A stretch of 64,000 nucleotides of DNA from Fimbriimonadaceae bacterium (lineage in GTDB: Bacteria; Armatimonadota; Fimbriimonadia; Fimbriimonadales; Fimbriimonadaceae). Location of the stretch: contig JAICWL010000004.1 of assembly GCA_025934835.1 (NCBI GenBank), positions 2,474-66,473 on the forward strand, written 5' to 3'. A program made the position numbers and the translations under genes. Shown here piece by piece: positions 18,387-28,655 of this stretch (its first letter is position 1; the number at the start of each line of letters is the position of its first letter). The notes under the pieces are model-generated. The model did not search any database, was not told where the DNA came from, and saw only the letters and a program-made list of their open reading frames with translations.

Positions 18387-18995
18387 ATGGCGACTTATCG
18401 AGGAAGAAAGACGGACATTTGTCGGACCGTTGGCTACGACATCTGGGGCAGACCAAAGAGTCCCGCGTCGAAGCGAGGCTATCCTGCCGGGCAGCATGGC
18501 CCGAACCTGAAGGATCGACGGCAGTCCGAATACGGCGAGCAGCTTCTGGCGAAGCAGGTTATCCGCAGGTACTACAACCTGTTGGAGCGCCAGTTCGCGA
18601 ACACGTTCAAGAAGGCGCAGCGCCTTCCGGGGAACACCAGCCTGAACTTCCTCCGGCTCCTGGAACTCCGTCTGGCCACCGCGGTCTGGCGCTTAGGATA
18701 TGCGCGCACGCCGTTCCAAGCGAGGCAGATGGTCAGCCACTGCCACGTGATGGTGAACGGCAAGGTTGTCAACATCCCGAGCTTTTCACTGAAGGTCGGA
18801 GACGTCGTCGAGGTTCGAGATCGTGAGGCCAGCCGCCGAATCGCTCGCGACAACCACTACGAAGGCGCCCCGGTCCCTGCCTACATGGAAGCGGACGTGC
18901 CCGGCTTCAAAGGCAAGATCATCGCCTTGCCCGAGCGCGAGGACTTTCCGAAGTTCTTCCAAGAGCAGCAAGTCATCGAGTTTTACGCTCGATAG
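18387..18995 (+). CDS. rpsD: 30S ribosomal protein S4
   Basis: MATYRGRK..., an S4 RNA-binding domain (RLATAVWRLGYARTPFQARQMVSHCHVMVNGK), C-terminal ...EFYAR. Confidence 0.95.
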   Translation: MATYRGRKTDICRTVGYDIWGRPKSPASKRGYPAGQHGPNLKDRRQSEYGEQLLAKQVIRRYYNLLERQFANTFKKAQRLPGNTSLNFLRLLELRLATAVWRLGYARTPFQARQMVSHCHVMVNGKVVNIPSFSLKVGDVVEVRDREASRRIARDNHYEGAPVPAYMEADVPGFKGKIIALPEREDFPKFFQEQQVIEFYAR

Positions 18996-19019
18996 ACTGC
19001 CCTTCACGAACATCGAAAC

Positions 19020-19047
19020 GGTTCCCCGAGGTTTCTCTCGGGGAACC
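19020..19047 (+). terminator. hairpin downstream of rpsD (terminator-like, no U-tract)
   Basis: GGTTCCCCGAG-gtttct-CTCGGGGAACC, an 11-bp perfect stem 25 nt after the stop. Confidence 0.45.
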
Positions 19048-19101
19048 CGAAAACCCGTGCCCGAGTCTTGAAAGTGGCGGATTGGCGCCGAAGGGTGTTC
19101 T

Positions 19102-19524
19102 ATGGCGAACGACATGCGAGACACCGCCCCAGCGATCGCTTCCCGGCTGCTCGCTGCTCTATTGGCGGCAGTGCTGCTGGGCTGCAGTCCGCAAGCGAAG
19201 CAGGAGTACAACGACGCCGCCCAGAAACAGGCCGTGGCAACGCAGGCGACTGAAAAAGCCCTGAAAACTGATGTTCAGAATACGACGGCAGCAGCTTCTC
19301 AGAAGGCAAACGAGGCGGGCGTAACCCTGAAGGTCAAGACCGCGCTCGTTGGAGCCGTCGGCGTAGATACTCGCAACATCGATGTGGATACGACGGGTAG
19401 CACGGTGACACTCAAAGGCAGCGTCCCGAGCGCGGAGCAGAAAACCCGCGCGGAGCAGATCGCTAAAGGCGAATTGGGCAACGGTTGGACCGTAGATGAC
19501 CAGCTTACGGTTGCGGGCAAGTGA
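19102..19524 (+). CDS. BON-domain lipoprotein
   Basis: Lipobox LLGC, and a C-terminal BON-like segment (VKTALVGAVGVDTRNIDVDTTGSTVTLKGSVPS). Confidence 0.75.
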   Translation: MANDMRDTAPAIASRLLAALLAAVLLGCSPQAKQEYNDAAQKQAVATQATEKALKTDVQNTTAAASQKANEAGVTLKVKTALVGAVGVDTRNIDVDTTGSTVTLKGSVPSAEQKTRAEQIAKGELGNGWTVDDQLTVAGK

Positions 19525-19526
19525 AT

Positions 19527-20729
19527 CTAGGCCCGAGTCAGCTTTCTGAATTGGTGCTTTCCAACCTTTAGCACTTTTCCTTCCAAGTCCTCTAGGGGAA
19601 TCACACCAAACGGTTCCGAGATCTTGTCCCCCTCGAGCGAAACTGCTCCGGCTCTTATCAGGTCCCGCGCTTGGCCCTTGCTTCGCGCGAGGCCAAGCGC
19701 GAACACCAGGTCGGCGGCCTTAACTTGACCGCCCTCAACGATATCCGCCGGCACCGATGCTTCCTCGGCTTCCGTGGGCTGGAGCCTTTTGCTGAACGTG
19801 TCGACGAAGTACCGGACGGCTTCCTCGGCAGCCTCCTCTCCGTGATATAGCGCTACGATCTCGCGGCCGAGCCGCATCTTCGCGTCGCGAGGATTCGAGT
19901 TGCTGTTCAGCATCGCACGCACCTCCGACATCGGCACGTCGGTACAGAGCTCGAACCAATTTTCGATCAATTCGTCCGGGATCTTCATTGTCTTTCCGAA
20001 CATGTCGTTCGGGTTGTCGATGACCGATACGTAGTTGCCGAGCGACTGCGACATCTTCTCGACCCCGTCAGTGCCGACCAAGAGCGGGCAGAGGAGCACG
20101 ACCTGAGGCTCGAGCCCGTACTGCTCCATCAATGTGCGGCCAACGAGATTGTTGAATTTCTGGTCGTTTCCACCGAGCTCCACATCAGCCCTGATCTCGA
20201 CCGAGTCCATTCCCTGGCAAAGCGGGTACAGGATTTCGTGCATCGCCACCGGGCGGTTCGTAGCCAGCCGCTTCGTGAAGTCATCGCGCTCGAGGATTCG
20301 GGCCACTGTGTACCGGGAGCACAGACGAATGACATCCTCGAAGGTCATCTTGCCAAGCCAATCCTTGTTGAAGTAGATCTCCGTCTTGTCGCGATCCAGG
20401 ATGAGCCCGATCTGATCCATAACGGCATCGACGTTCGCCTGGACCTCCTCGCGGGTAAGTTGCTTTCGCGTCTTGCTCTTACCGCTCGGGTCCCCAATCA
20501 AGGCGGTGAAGTCCCCGATAATCAGGCATGCGATGTGCCCAAGGCGTTGAAAATCGCGGAGCTTCCGCAATACGACTGCCCAACCCAATGTGACATCACG
20601 CGCGGTCGGGTCGACCCCCAGCTTGACGCGCAGCGGTCTGCCGAGCTCGAGCTTCGCGGTGAGGTCGGCTTCGCTGATAATCTCGGTGGTTCCTCGCCGA
20701 AGCACGGCAAGCTGCTCGTCGATTGTCAT
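19527..20729 (-). CDS. tyrS: tyrosine--tRNA ligase
   Basis: Class I aaRS with a KMSQS motif and a C-terminal S4-like domain. Start set at MTIDEQLAVLRRG. Confidence 0.95.
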   Translation of the reverse strand: MTIDEQLAVLRRGTTEIISEADLTAKLELGRPLRVKLGVDPTARDVTLGWAVVLRKLRDFQRLGHIACLIIGDFTALIGDPSGKSKTRKQLTREEVQANVDAVMDQIGLILDRDKTEIYFNKDWLGKMTFEDVIRLCSRYTVARILERDDFTKRLATNRPVAMHEILYPLCQGMDSVEIRADVELGGNDQKFNNLVGRTLMEQYGLEPQVVLLCPLLVGTDGVEKMSQSLGNYVSVIDNPNDMFGKTMKIPDELIENWFELCTDVPMSEVRAMLNSNSNPRDAKMRLGREIVALYHGEEAAEEAVRYFVDTFSKRLQPTEAEEASVPADIVEGGQVKAADLVFALGLARSKGQARDLIRAGAVSLEGDKISEPFGVIPLEDLEGKVLKVGKHQFRKLTRA

Positions 20730-20944
20730 GGAAGCGCAGAGTTTACCGACGCGCCGCTCAAAGTGCATACTGAACCGTGGCAGGACGGTCGTTCGTCTTT
20801 GTAGTAGGAGGATCCCGTGAAATGATCCATATCGATCGACGCTAAAGATGTCGAAGATCGCGCGAATATTCTATCGCGCACAAGTTTTTCAGCCGAATAG
20901 GCGGCATGAGCCTTGGGCCAAGAGGGCCCTCATTGGAGACATGT

Positions 20945-21127
20945 ATGAGCAAGCGATTAAACAAAGAAACTCTGGCTAGGCTGGCGGAGCTGAAAGGCGG
21001 AAGCGCAGGCAATTCGAACCCCCAAACGAATACTCCTTCCCAAAGCCAGACGCCTGGTGGCAAGCCGAGTCCTGGTGCCTCGCATACGCCGAAAATCCAT
21101 CAACATAAGGGCAGCTCGGGCAAATAG
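20945..21127 (+). CDS. small (60 aa) protein: short N-terminal helix plus a disordered P/S/Q/K-rich tail
   Basis: GGAGA Shine-Dalgarno 5 nt before the ATG at 20945, and a strong terminator directly downstream. No family recognised. Confidence 0.4.
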   Translation: MSKRLNKETLARLAELKGGSAGNSNPQTNTPSQSQTPGGKPSPGASHTPKIHQHKGSSGK

Positions 21128-21145
21128 CCCGTACTTGCGAAACAC

Positions 21146-21188
21146 CTCGGCCCTGGAAACTGCAGTTTCCAGGGCCGAGTTCGTTTGG
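21146..21188 (+). terminator. intrinsic terminator
   Basis: Perfect 17-bp palindrome CTCGGCCCTGGAAACTG/CAGTTTCCAGGGCCGAG followed by TTCGTTTGG. Confidence 0.7.
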
Positions 21189-21249
21189 CATTGATCCTGC
21201 GGGCAATGTCAAAATACGGTTTGAGACGTTCCGCCTGCCGAGGAGCCGC

Positions 21250-21699
21250 TTGACAATCCCTGGAGTGCTCGTTATTCCCTTGACCGCCCGCCAAGACGCC
21301 CGGGGGTGGCTTATCGAGCTATTTCGCTCGGATACTCTGCCGCCGGACTTCATGCCCGAGATGGGATATGTCAGCTATACGCACCCCGGTGTGTCCCGCG
21401 GGCCGCACGAGCACCGAGAGCAGAGCGACGGGTTCGCCTTCGTTGACGGCAGTTACGAGCTGCACCTTTGGGAAAACCGACCAGGCTTCGCGGAGGCTGC
21501 CGAAGTGCTTCGAGTAGGTGAAGACAATCCGGTTTTCGTGATCGTGCCGCCAGGAGTCGTCCACGGATACCGCAACGTGGGCGACCGCGACGCATTTGTT
21601 TTCAACGTTCCGGACAAGCTCTATGCTGGACGAGGGCGCTCGGAGCCGGTCGACGAAATAAGGCATGAGTCCGATGCCGATTCGAGGTTCCAACTATGA
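21250..21699 (+). CDS. rfbC: dTDP-4-dehydrorhamnose 3,5-epimerase
   Basis: IPGVLVIPL...DARGWLIELF cupin pattern. TTG start. Overlaps rfbB by 4 nt. Confidence 0.85.
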   Translation: MTIPGVLVIPLTARQDARGWLIELFRSDTLPPDFMPEMGYVSYTHPGVSRGPHEHREQSDGFAFVDGSYELHLWENRPGFAEAAEVLRVGEDNPVFVIVPPGVVHGYRNVGDRDAFVFNVPDKLYAGRGRSEPVDEIRHESDADSRFQL

Positions 21700-22724
21700 G
21701 GTTGCTCGTCACCGGCGCCGCCGGCTTCATAGGTTCGCATTTCGTTGACGCTGTGTTCGAAAATGAAGTCGCCGAGCGCCTTGCCGTCCTGGATGCGCTG
21801 ACTTACTCTGGGAACCTGTCCACCCTCGAACGGTTTCGATCGAACGATCGTTTCCGGTTCTATCACGCACGTGTCGAGGACCCTGCTGCAGTAGCAAACG
21901 TTGTCCGAGACGAGCACATAACTCATATCGTCAATTTCGCCGCGGAAACGCATAACGACCGGTCGATCCTCGACTCGTCCGCTTTCCTAACGACGAACGC
22001 GATCGGCATCGACAATCTGCTCACCGTAGCGCGACGGGAAAGCATCGCCAAGGTGGTCCACGTCAGCACTGACGAGGTGTACGGCTCTATAGGCTCTGGC
22101 CGGTTCACGGAGAAGAGCCCGCTCGAGCCCAACACTCCGTACAGCGCGAGCAAGGCAGCCGGAGACCTTCAGTGTAGGGCGCACTTTGTCACGTGGGGAA
22201 CGCCCGTGGTCGTTACTCGCGGCGGCAACACGTACGGTCCATATCAGTTCCCTGAGAAGCTGATCCCATTTTTCGCGACCCGCCTCATCGACGCCAAGAA
22301 GGTGCCGCTGTACGGCGAAGGGTCGCAAGTGCGCGAATGGATTCATGTGCGAGACCATGCAGAAGGCATCCTGCAGGTCTTGCTCGAGGGCTGTCCGGGC
22401 GAGGCTTACAACATCGGCGACGACAACGAGCGGACGAATCGTGACATTGTGCGCATTCTGCTCGAAGAAACAGGACGGGATGCTTCTCTAGTCAAGCAGA
22501 TCCCCGACCCTCGAGGCGGAGCTCACGACGCCCGTTACTCGATGGAAACGTTGCGAATTCGCAAGCTCGGCTGGTCGCCCAAACGAGTGTTCGAGCAGGG
22601 CCTTCGTGACACCGTCCGGTGGTATGTGCAGAACGAGGCTTGGTGGCGGCCGATCACGGAGAGCGAGGAATATAAGGAATACGTAGCGAACTACTATGGA
22701 CGGACGCTCGGCTCCGATCTCTAA
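21696..22724 (+). CDS. rfbB: dTDP-glucose 4,6-dehydratase
   Basis: VTGAAGFIGSHF, STDEVYG and YSASKAA motifs. Confidence 0.95.
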   Translation: MRLLVTGAAGFIGSHFVDAVFENEVAERLAVLDALTYSGNLSTLERFRSNDRFRFYHARVEDPAAVANVVRDEHITHIVNFAAETHNDRSILDSSAFLTTNAIGIDNLLTVARRESIAKVVHVSTDEVYGSIGSGRFTEKSPLEPNTPYSASKAAGDLQCRAHFVTWGTPVVVTRGGNTYGPYQFPEKLIPFFATRLIDAKKVPLYGEGSQVREWIHVRDHAEGILQVLLEGCPGEAYNIGDDNERTNRDIVRILLEETGRDASLVKQIPDPRGGAHDARYSMETLRIRKLGWSPKRVFEQGLRDTVRWYVQNEAWWRPITESEEYKEYVANYYGRTLGSDL

Positions 22725-22849
22725 GGAACATCGCTCGCCCTCTACGGGTCCCCCAATTGGTGTCGCGCCGCGTATGAAGCGCCGATACGGTTGCTCGCCT
22801 GGTTTACGCGGCTCGTCGACACTCCAAGCGATAAGAGGAGAGCACCAGG

Positions 22850-24598
22850 ATGGGCAAGAACGCTTCGGACGTTCTGATCGAAACGATCATGGGATGGGGA
22901 GTCGACACAGTGTTCGGCATCCCCGGGGACGGCATCAACGGCGTGATGGAGGCGTTGCGCGAGCGCAAGGATCGCATACGATTTATACAAACCCGGCACG
23001 AGGAAGGTGCCGCGTTTATGGCGTGCGGATACGCGAAATACACCGGTCGCCTCGGCTGCTGTCTGGCGACTTCCGGCCCGGGTGCGATCCACCTTCTAAA
23101 CGGCCTGTACGACGCAAAGACCGACCAGGCGCCTGTCCTCGCGATCACGGGCCAAACCTTCTCCGACCTCCAAGGCTCGATGTTCCAACAGGACGTCAAT
23201 ACGACGCTGCTCTTTCAAGACGTGGCTGGCTACAACCAGGAAGTTATCAACCCCTTGCAAGTTGAGATGCTGGCCAACGAGGCGTGCCGACGTGCCCTGA
23301 ACGACCGCGCGGTGAGCCATATCAGCTTCCCAGTCGATTATCAGGACGCGTCCGCCGATGGCCATGGGTCGATGCATGCGATCAAGCATATGACCACGAA
23401 CACTTGGGATTGCACTGCCAACGCTCCAGCGATGGAGGACCTTGAAGCAGCCGCTAAGATTCTAAACGGCGCATCCCGGCCAGTGATCCTGGTCGGTCAG
23501 GGCGCCTTGCGAGCTCGAGCGGAAGTCATCGAGCTTGCTGAGCTGCTCGGTGCCCCCATTGTCAAAGCGCTGCTCGGGAAGGCTGTCGTCGCCGACGACC
23601 ACCCATACTGCACTGGCGGTCTCGGGCTGCTCGGCACGGCTCCGTCGGTGACTGCCATGGAGGACTGCGACGCGATCCTTCTCATCGGCACCTCGTTCCC
23701 GTACATGGAGTTCCTGCCTAAGCACGACCAAGCAGTGGGAATCCAGATCGACGATAAAGCCGATCGAATCGGGCTGCGGTACCCGGTGGAGGTCGGGCTG
23801 GTCGGCGATTCGAAAGTCACGTTGCAAGCGCTTCTTCCACTCATCGTGAGGAACGAGAATCGGAAGTTCATCGAAAAAATCCAGGGTGACGTTAAGGGCT
23901 GGCACGAACTGATGCTGACCCGCGAGCGAGAAGAGACGCCGATCAAGCCACAGCAGATCGCCCGTGTCCTATCGGATCTGGCCACCGACGACTGTATCGT
24001 TTCTACTGATTCGGGCACGATTACGAGCTGGATCGCTCGGCACTTCGACATCCGCGGCGAGCGGATGTTTAGCTGCTCCGGCACTCTGGCCACGATGGCG
24101 CCGGGCCTTCCCTACGCCATCGGAGCCCAGATCGCATATCCCAATCGGCAGTCCATCGCTTTCGTTGGAGACGGCGGGTTCACGATGCTGATGGGCGAGT
24201 TCGCTACAGCCGTCAAGTACGACCTACCGATTGTCGTCGTGATCGTCAAGAACAACACGCTCGGGCAGATCAAGTGGGAGCAGATCGTATTCCTGGGCAA
24301 CCCTGAATACGGCGTAGCACTGCATCCGATCGATTTTGCCAAGTTCGCCGAGGCCTGTGGCGGCTTGGGATTCAGCGTCGAACAGCCCGAAGACATTCGA
24401 CCGACGCTCGAGAAGGCCCTCAACTCGGGAAGACCTTGCGTAGTCGAAGTAGTCGTCGATCCGTTCGAGCCTCCGATGCCACCGAAAGTGACTCTGAAGC
24501 AGACGGAGCACTTCGCAGAGGCGCTCATCAGAGGCGAGCCGAACGGCGGCAAGATTGCGCTCACTCTCTTCAGGGACAAAATCCATGAGCTCCTCTGA
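22850..24598 (+). CDS. thiamine-diphosphate enzyme, pyruvate oxidase / pyruvate:quinone oxidoreductase (PoxB)-like
   Basis: N-terminal TPP-Pyr domain (GIPGDGINGVMEAL...HEEGAAFMA...SGPGAIHLLNGLYDA) and a C-terminal GDGGF TPP-binding motif. Confidence 0.85.
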   Translation: MGKNASDVLIETIMGWGVDTVFGIPGDGINGVMEALRERKDRIRFIQTRHEEGAAFMACGYAKYTGRLGCCLATSGPGAIHLLNGLYDAKTDQAPVLAITGQTFSDLQGSMFQQDVNTTLLFQDVAGYNQEVINPLQVEMLANEACRRALNDRAVSHISFPVDYQDASADGHGSMHAIKHMTTNTWDCTANAPAMEDLEAAAKILNGASRPVILVGQGALRARAEVIELAELLGAPIVKALLGKAVVADDHPYCTGGLGLLGTAPSVTAMEDCDAILLIGTSFPYMEFLPKHDQAVGIQIDDKADRIGLRYPVEVGLVGDSKVTLQALLPLIVRNENRKFIEKIQGDVKGWHELMLTREREETPIKPQQIARVLSDLATDDCIVSTDSGTITSWIARHFDIRGERMFSCSGTLATMAPGLPYAIGAQIAYPNRQSIAFVGDGGFTMLMGEFATAVKYDLPIVVVIVKNNTLGQIKWEQIVFLGNPEYGVALHPIDFAKFAEACGGLGFSVEQPEDIRPTLEKALNSGRPCVVEVVVDPFEPPMPPKVTLKQTEHFAEALIRGEPNGGKIALTLFRDKIHELL

Positions 24599-25493
24599 TG
24601 GCGCTCGCCCTCAATCGCCGTTAGCGAGGATCGAGTCGAACAGCAGACTCGACCCGATCGCTTCGACGGTGCAGCGGGCGATCGGCAGTGCGCTCGCAGC
24701 GCTGGGGCCGCTCGGCAGACCGATCGGCCGGTTCTTGGCTGGGACGTTTCAAAGTCATCCCTTGCACGTCGATCTGACGGACATCCCTTCAGGCGCATGG
24801 ACCGCCGCAGTGGTCATGGACGCCGTAGCTATGGCAACCGATAGCCACTCTGTCGACGCCGGCGCCGACGCCGCCGTAGCCATCGGGATCGTGGGTGCTT
24901 CGGCGGCAGCAGTTGCGGGGCTCAACGATTGGCATGTGTTCAAGCAAGAAGAAAGACCTCGCAGAGTCGGGCTCGTTCACGCCGGATTGAACGTCGCCGG
25001 CTTGGCGCTGTTTGGGGCTTCGTTTGTCGCACGCAAGCGCGGCAACAGAGCGGCAGGCAGGCTTCTCGGCCTGAGCGGCTACGCCGTCGCGGGACTGGCT
25101 GCTTACTTGGGAGGAACGCTCGTTTATCGCGAGCGTGTCGGGGTCGATCACGCTCCCCTGCCCGAAGACCTTCCTGAAAAGTGGACAGCCGTCCTGCCGG
25201 AAGCCGAGCTGCCCGAAGGCAAGATCGTTCGGCGCGAAGCCGGAGGCTCGCCGATCGTCCTGGTGAAGCGCTCGGGCCGTATCCACGCGCTCGCCGACCA
25301 ATGCGCTCATTACGGCGGTCCGCTTTCGGAAGGAACGCTCGAGGACGGCGGCATCCGATGTCCGTGGCACGGAACGCTTTTTTGCCTCAAGGATGGCGCG
25401 GTGATCGAGGGGCCGTCGGCATTTCGACAGCCCGTCCTCGAGACTCGCGTGCGGAAAAACCAGATCGAAGTGCGCCGAACAGGCATCGCGTAG
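24585..25493 (+). CDS. membrane-anchored Rieske [2Fe-2S] protein (DUF2231-like N-terminal membrane domain)
   Basis: Rieske ligands CAHYGG...CPWHG. Several N-terminal TM helices. The ATG at 24585 overlaps the PoxB-like stop by 14 nt. Confidence 0.8.
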   Translation: MSSSDGARPQSPLARIESNSRLDPIASTVQRAIGSALAALGPLGRPIGRFLAGTFQSHPLHVDLTDIPSGAWTAAVVMDAVAMATDSHSVDAGADAAVAIGIVGASAAAVAGLNDWHVFKQEERPRRVGLVHAGLNVAGLALFGASFVARKRGNRAAGRLLGLSGYAVAGLAAYLGGTLVYRERVGVDHAPLPEDLPEKWTAVLPEAELPEGKIVRREAGGSPIVLVKRSGRIHALADQCAHYGGPLSEGTLEDGGIRCPWHGTLFCLKDGAVIEGPSAFRQPVLETRVRKNQIEVRRTGIA

Positions 25494-25532
25494 CGCATCG
25501 GACCGCACAACGTTGGCCGGCATTGGAGAAAC

Positions 25533-28500
25533 ATGCGAATAGAGCTCAGAACATCCCCTACTACGATTTTAGAAGGCGACCAAATCGGCACGCCCACCCA
25601 CGAGACGATCGATCTGGCGGCGCTCGAACGAGACCTAAAGGCTGCAATCGAAGGTGAGGTTCGCTTTGACGCGGGCAGCAAGGGGATGTACGCGCACGAC
25701 GCTTCGAACTATCGAATGGTGCCGCTCGGCGTGGTTGTGCCGAAGTCGAAGGACGACGCCGTCCGAGCCGTGGCCCTCGCGAAGAAGCATCGTGTCCCGA
25801 TCGTCGCCCGTGGTGGTGGTACCGGCATACCTGGCCAAAGCGTGAATGTCGCGCTGATGATCGACTTTTCCAAATACATGCACCGCGTGATCTCGATCGA
25901 TGCTGGCCGCAGCTTGGCTAGCGTGCAACCGGGGACCGTGCTCGACACGCTGCGCGATGAGGCGAAGAAGCATGGGCTCACATTCGGCCCCGACCCCGCG
26001 ACGCACACTCGGTGCACTCTCGGCGGGATGATCGGCAACAACTCATGCGGAATCCACTCGATGATGGCTGGCCGCACAAGTGACAATATCGACTCCCTGG
26101 AGATCGTCACCTACGACGGGGAACGGTTCTGGGTTGGCCCCACGACCGACGAACAATTTGAAACACTCGGCGCCCAACCGGGCCGTAAAGGCGAGATCTA
26201 TCGCAAGGTGAAAGAGTTTCGCGACAAATATGCGGACCTCATTCGCCAAAAATTTCCCGACATCCCCAGACGGGTGTCCGGGTACAACTTGCCGGCCCTG
26301 CTGCCTGAAAACGGGTGCAACATCGCTCGCGCACTAGTGGGATCGGAGTGCACCCTCGTCACGGTTCTAGAGGCGCGATGCAACCTCATCCCGAACCCTC
26401 CCGCGCGCTCGCTTCTCGTACTGGGATTCCCAGACATCTTCGCCGCCGCCGATTTTGTGCCCGAATGCTTCAACTGGAAGCCGGTGGGCCTCGAAGCGAT
26501 GGACAGCGAGTTCATCGACGACATGAAAGCCAAAGGCATGCACCCGCAGGATATGGAACTAATGCCCGCCGGACATGCCTGGCTGCTCGTGGAGTTCGGC
26601 GGCAAAGACAAACAGGATTCGGATGCCCAGGCCAAGTCTCTCATGGACGACGTCGGCAAGAAGAACAATGGGATGCCGATGAAGCTGTTCGACGACGCGA
26701 AGCACGAGGCGCTGGTCTGGCATCTCCGTGAAGAGGGACTCGGCGCCACTGCGAGAGTTCCGGGCAAACCGGAGAACCACGAGGGATGGGAAGATGCAGC
26801 AGTCGCGCCTGAGCGGCTCGGCGCGTATTTGCGCGACTTCAGCAAGCTGATGGAAGCATACGGCTACGAGGGCTCTCTTTACGGACACTTCGGACAGGGT
26901 TGCGTTCATACCAGGCTGACATTCGACCTGCACACTGCCGCTGGGGTCGAGAAGTATCGGCATTTCGTCCAAGAAGCCGCCGATCTGGTCCACCACTACG
27001 ACGGTTCACTGAGTGGCGAGCACGGCGACGGCCAGGCCCGCGGCGAGCTGCTGGAGCGGATGTTCGGCGACGACATGATCCAGGCCTTCGTCGAGTTCAA
27101 GCAGATCTGGGATCCCGACTGGCTGATGAATCCCGGCAAGCTCGTAGCGCCATATCGGCTTGACGAGAACTTGAGCCAGGGTCCGGATTTCAGCCCGCCG
27201 GAGGTGACCACCCACTTTAGCTTCTCGGATGACGACTATTCGTTTTCGAAGGCGTCGCGGCGCTGCGTCGGCGCCGGCGCTTGCCGCAAGCACGGAGGCG
27301 GCACTATGTGCCCCAGCTACATGGTGACCATGGAGGAGAAGCACAGTACCCGTGGGCGCGCGCGGCTGCTGGGTGAGATGATTCGCGGAGACCAAATCCA
27401 GACCGGGTGGCAAAGTAAGGAGGTCAAGGATGCTCTCGATCTGTGCCTAGCCTGCAAAGGCTGCAAGGGGGAGTGCCCGGTTCAAGTGGATATGGCGACA
27501 TACAAGGCCGAATTCCTAAGCCACTATTACAAGAAGCATTCGAGGCCCCTTAGCGCATTCGCGTTCGGATTCATCCACGTTTGGGCAAAGTTCGCCTCGA
27601 AGCTTCCGCTCGTAGCAAATCTTGCAACTCGCGCGCCGATAATCGGTAGCTTCGCCAAGAAGGTCATCGGCATCGCTCCGAAACGGCGCATTCCAGCCTT
27701 CGCACCGTACACCTTCCGGGAATGGTTCCAACAGCGGCCGCGCACACAGACCGGCGGGCGCAAAGTGATTCTGTGGCCGGATACATTCAACGACCACTTT
27801 CATCCGATGACCGCACAGGCAGCTGTGGAAGTGCTCGAGGCTGCGGGCTGCGAAGTCTCGACTTGCATGGAGGACGTGTGCTGCGGAAGGCCGCTGTACG
27901 ACTATGGCTTTCTTACCGAGGCGAAGCAATGGCTCGCCCGGATCCTTGTGACGCTACGCGAAGACATTCGTGCCGGGACCCCGATCATCGTGCTCGAGCC
28001 GAGCTGCGCAGCGGTGTTTCGTGACGAGCTTACGAATCTATTCCCGCACGACGAGGATGCATCGAGGCTCAAGGCACAGACCTATCTTCTCAGCGAATTC
28101 CTGGAAAAGGAGTGCCCCGACTTCCATCTGCCGAAGCTGAATCGTTCCGCGTTGCTGCACGGACACTGCCACCAGAAGTCGATCATGGGAATGGCGGCCG
28201 AAGAATCCGTTCTATCTAAGATGGGCGTCAAAGTGCGCGAAGTAGATTCCGGATGCTGCGGCATGGCAGGCGCATTCGGATTCGAGGCCGGAGAGCACTA
28301 CGACGTTGCAATGAAGTGCGGCGAGCGTGTGCTGTTGCCCGAGGTCCGAAACACAGCGGACGAAGAGCTCGTGATAGCTGACGGCTTTAGCTGTCGCGAA
28401 CAGATTTCGCAGACGACGCACCGGCAAGCGCTCCACCTCGCCCAGGTCATTCAATTGGGGCTTAATGGGCAGGGCCCAGTGCCTTTTCCTGAGACTGAGC

Positions 28501-28655
28501 TCAACCGGGCGCCGATTCCGCCTCGGGAGCTTGCCAAGACGTTCGTGGTCTTCGGAGTCGCGGTCGCGGCGATCGGCGGGCTGGCTTTCTATGCATCCCG
28601 CGCAAGCAATCGGCGGGATCCAAACATTCGCGGGCGGGCGAAGTCAAAGAGATAG
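25533..28655 (+). CDS. FAD-linked oxidase fused to a 4Fe-4S/CCG domain (YdiJ-like 2-hydroxyacid dehydrogenase), with a C-terminal TM
   Basis: 1040 aa. FAD-binding PCMH domain (ARGGGTG), ferredoxin motif CLACKGCKGECP, CCG cysteine motifs, and a terminal hydrophobic helix FVVFGVAVAAIGGLAFYA. Confidence 0.85.
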   Translation: MRIELRTSPTTILEGDQIGTPTHETIDLAALERDLKAAIEGEVRFDAGSKGMYAHDASNYRMVPLGVVVPKSKDDAVRAVALAKKHRVPIVARGGGTGIPGQSVNVALMIDFSKYMHRVISIDAGRSLASVQPGTVLDTLRDEAKKHGLTFGPDPATHTRCTLGGMIGNNSCGIHSMMAGRTSDNIDSLEIVTYDGERFWVGPTTDEQFETLGAQPGRKGEIYRKVKEFRDKYADLIRQKFPDIPRRVSGYNLPALLPENGCNIARALVGSECTLVTVLEARCNLIPNPPARSLLVLGFPDIFAAADFVPECFNWKPVGLEAMDSEFIDDMKAKGMHPQDMELMPAGHAWLLVEFGGKDKQDSDAQAKSLMDDVGKKNNGMPMKLFDDAKHEALVWHLREEGLGATARVPGKPENHEGWEDAAVAPERLGAYLRDFSKLMEAYGYEGSLYGHFGQGCVHTRLTFDLHTAAGVEKYRHFVQEAADLVHHYDGSLSGEHGDGQARGELLERMFGDDMIQAFVEFKQIWDPDWLMNPGKLVAPYRLDENLSQGPDFSPPEVTTHFSFSDDDYSFSKASRRCVGAGACRKHGGGTMCPSYMVTMEEKHSTRGRARLLGEMIRGDQIQTGWQSKEVKDALDLCLACKGCKGECPVQVDMATYKAEFLSHYYKKHSRPLSAFAFGFIHVWAKFASKLPLVANLATRAPIIGSFAKKVIGIAPKRRIPAFAPYTFREWFQQRPRTQTGGRKVILWPDTFNDHFHPMTAQAAVEVLEAAGCEVSTCMEDVCCGRPLYDYGFLTEAKQWLARILVTLREDIRAGTPIIVLEPSCAAVFRDELTNLFPHDEDASRLKAQTYLLSEFLEKECPDFHLPKLNRSALLHGHCHQKSIMGMAAEESVLSKMGVKVREVDSGCCGMAGAFGFEAGEHYDVAMKCGERVLLPEVRNTADEELVIADGFSCREQISQTTHRQALHLAQVIQLGLNGQGPVPFPETELNRAPIPPRELAKTFVVFGVAVAAIGGLAFYASRASNRRDPNIRGRAKSKR

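Noticed and set aside
20730-20905. A T-box leader upstream of tyrS.
   Set aside because: The conserved T-box sequence (…GGGTGGTACCGCG) and a specifier-loop architecture are absent. Only a short GCGCGA/TCGCGC hairpin around a GAATATTC palindrome is present.
21005-21035. A tRNA-like T-loop string, GGGGGTTCGAAT, on the minus strand.
   Set aside because: The 3' side (TGCCTGC) cannot pair to form a T-stem, there is no acceptor or anticodon arm context, and it lies inside the small ORF. No tRNA genes were detected anywhere in the window by eye.
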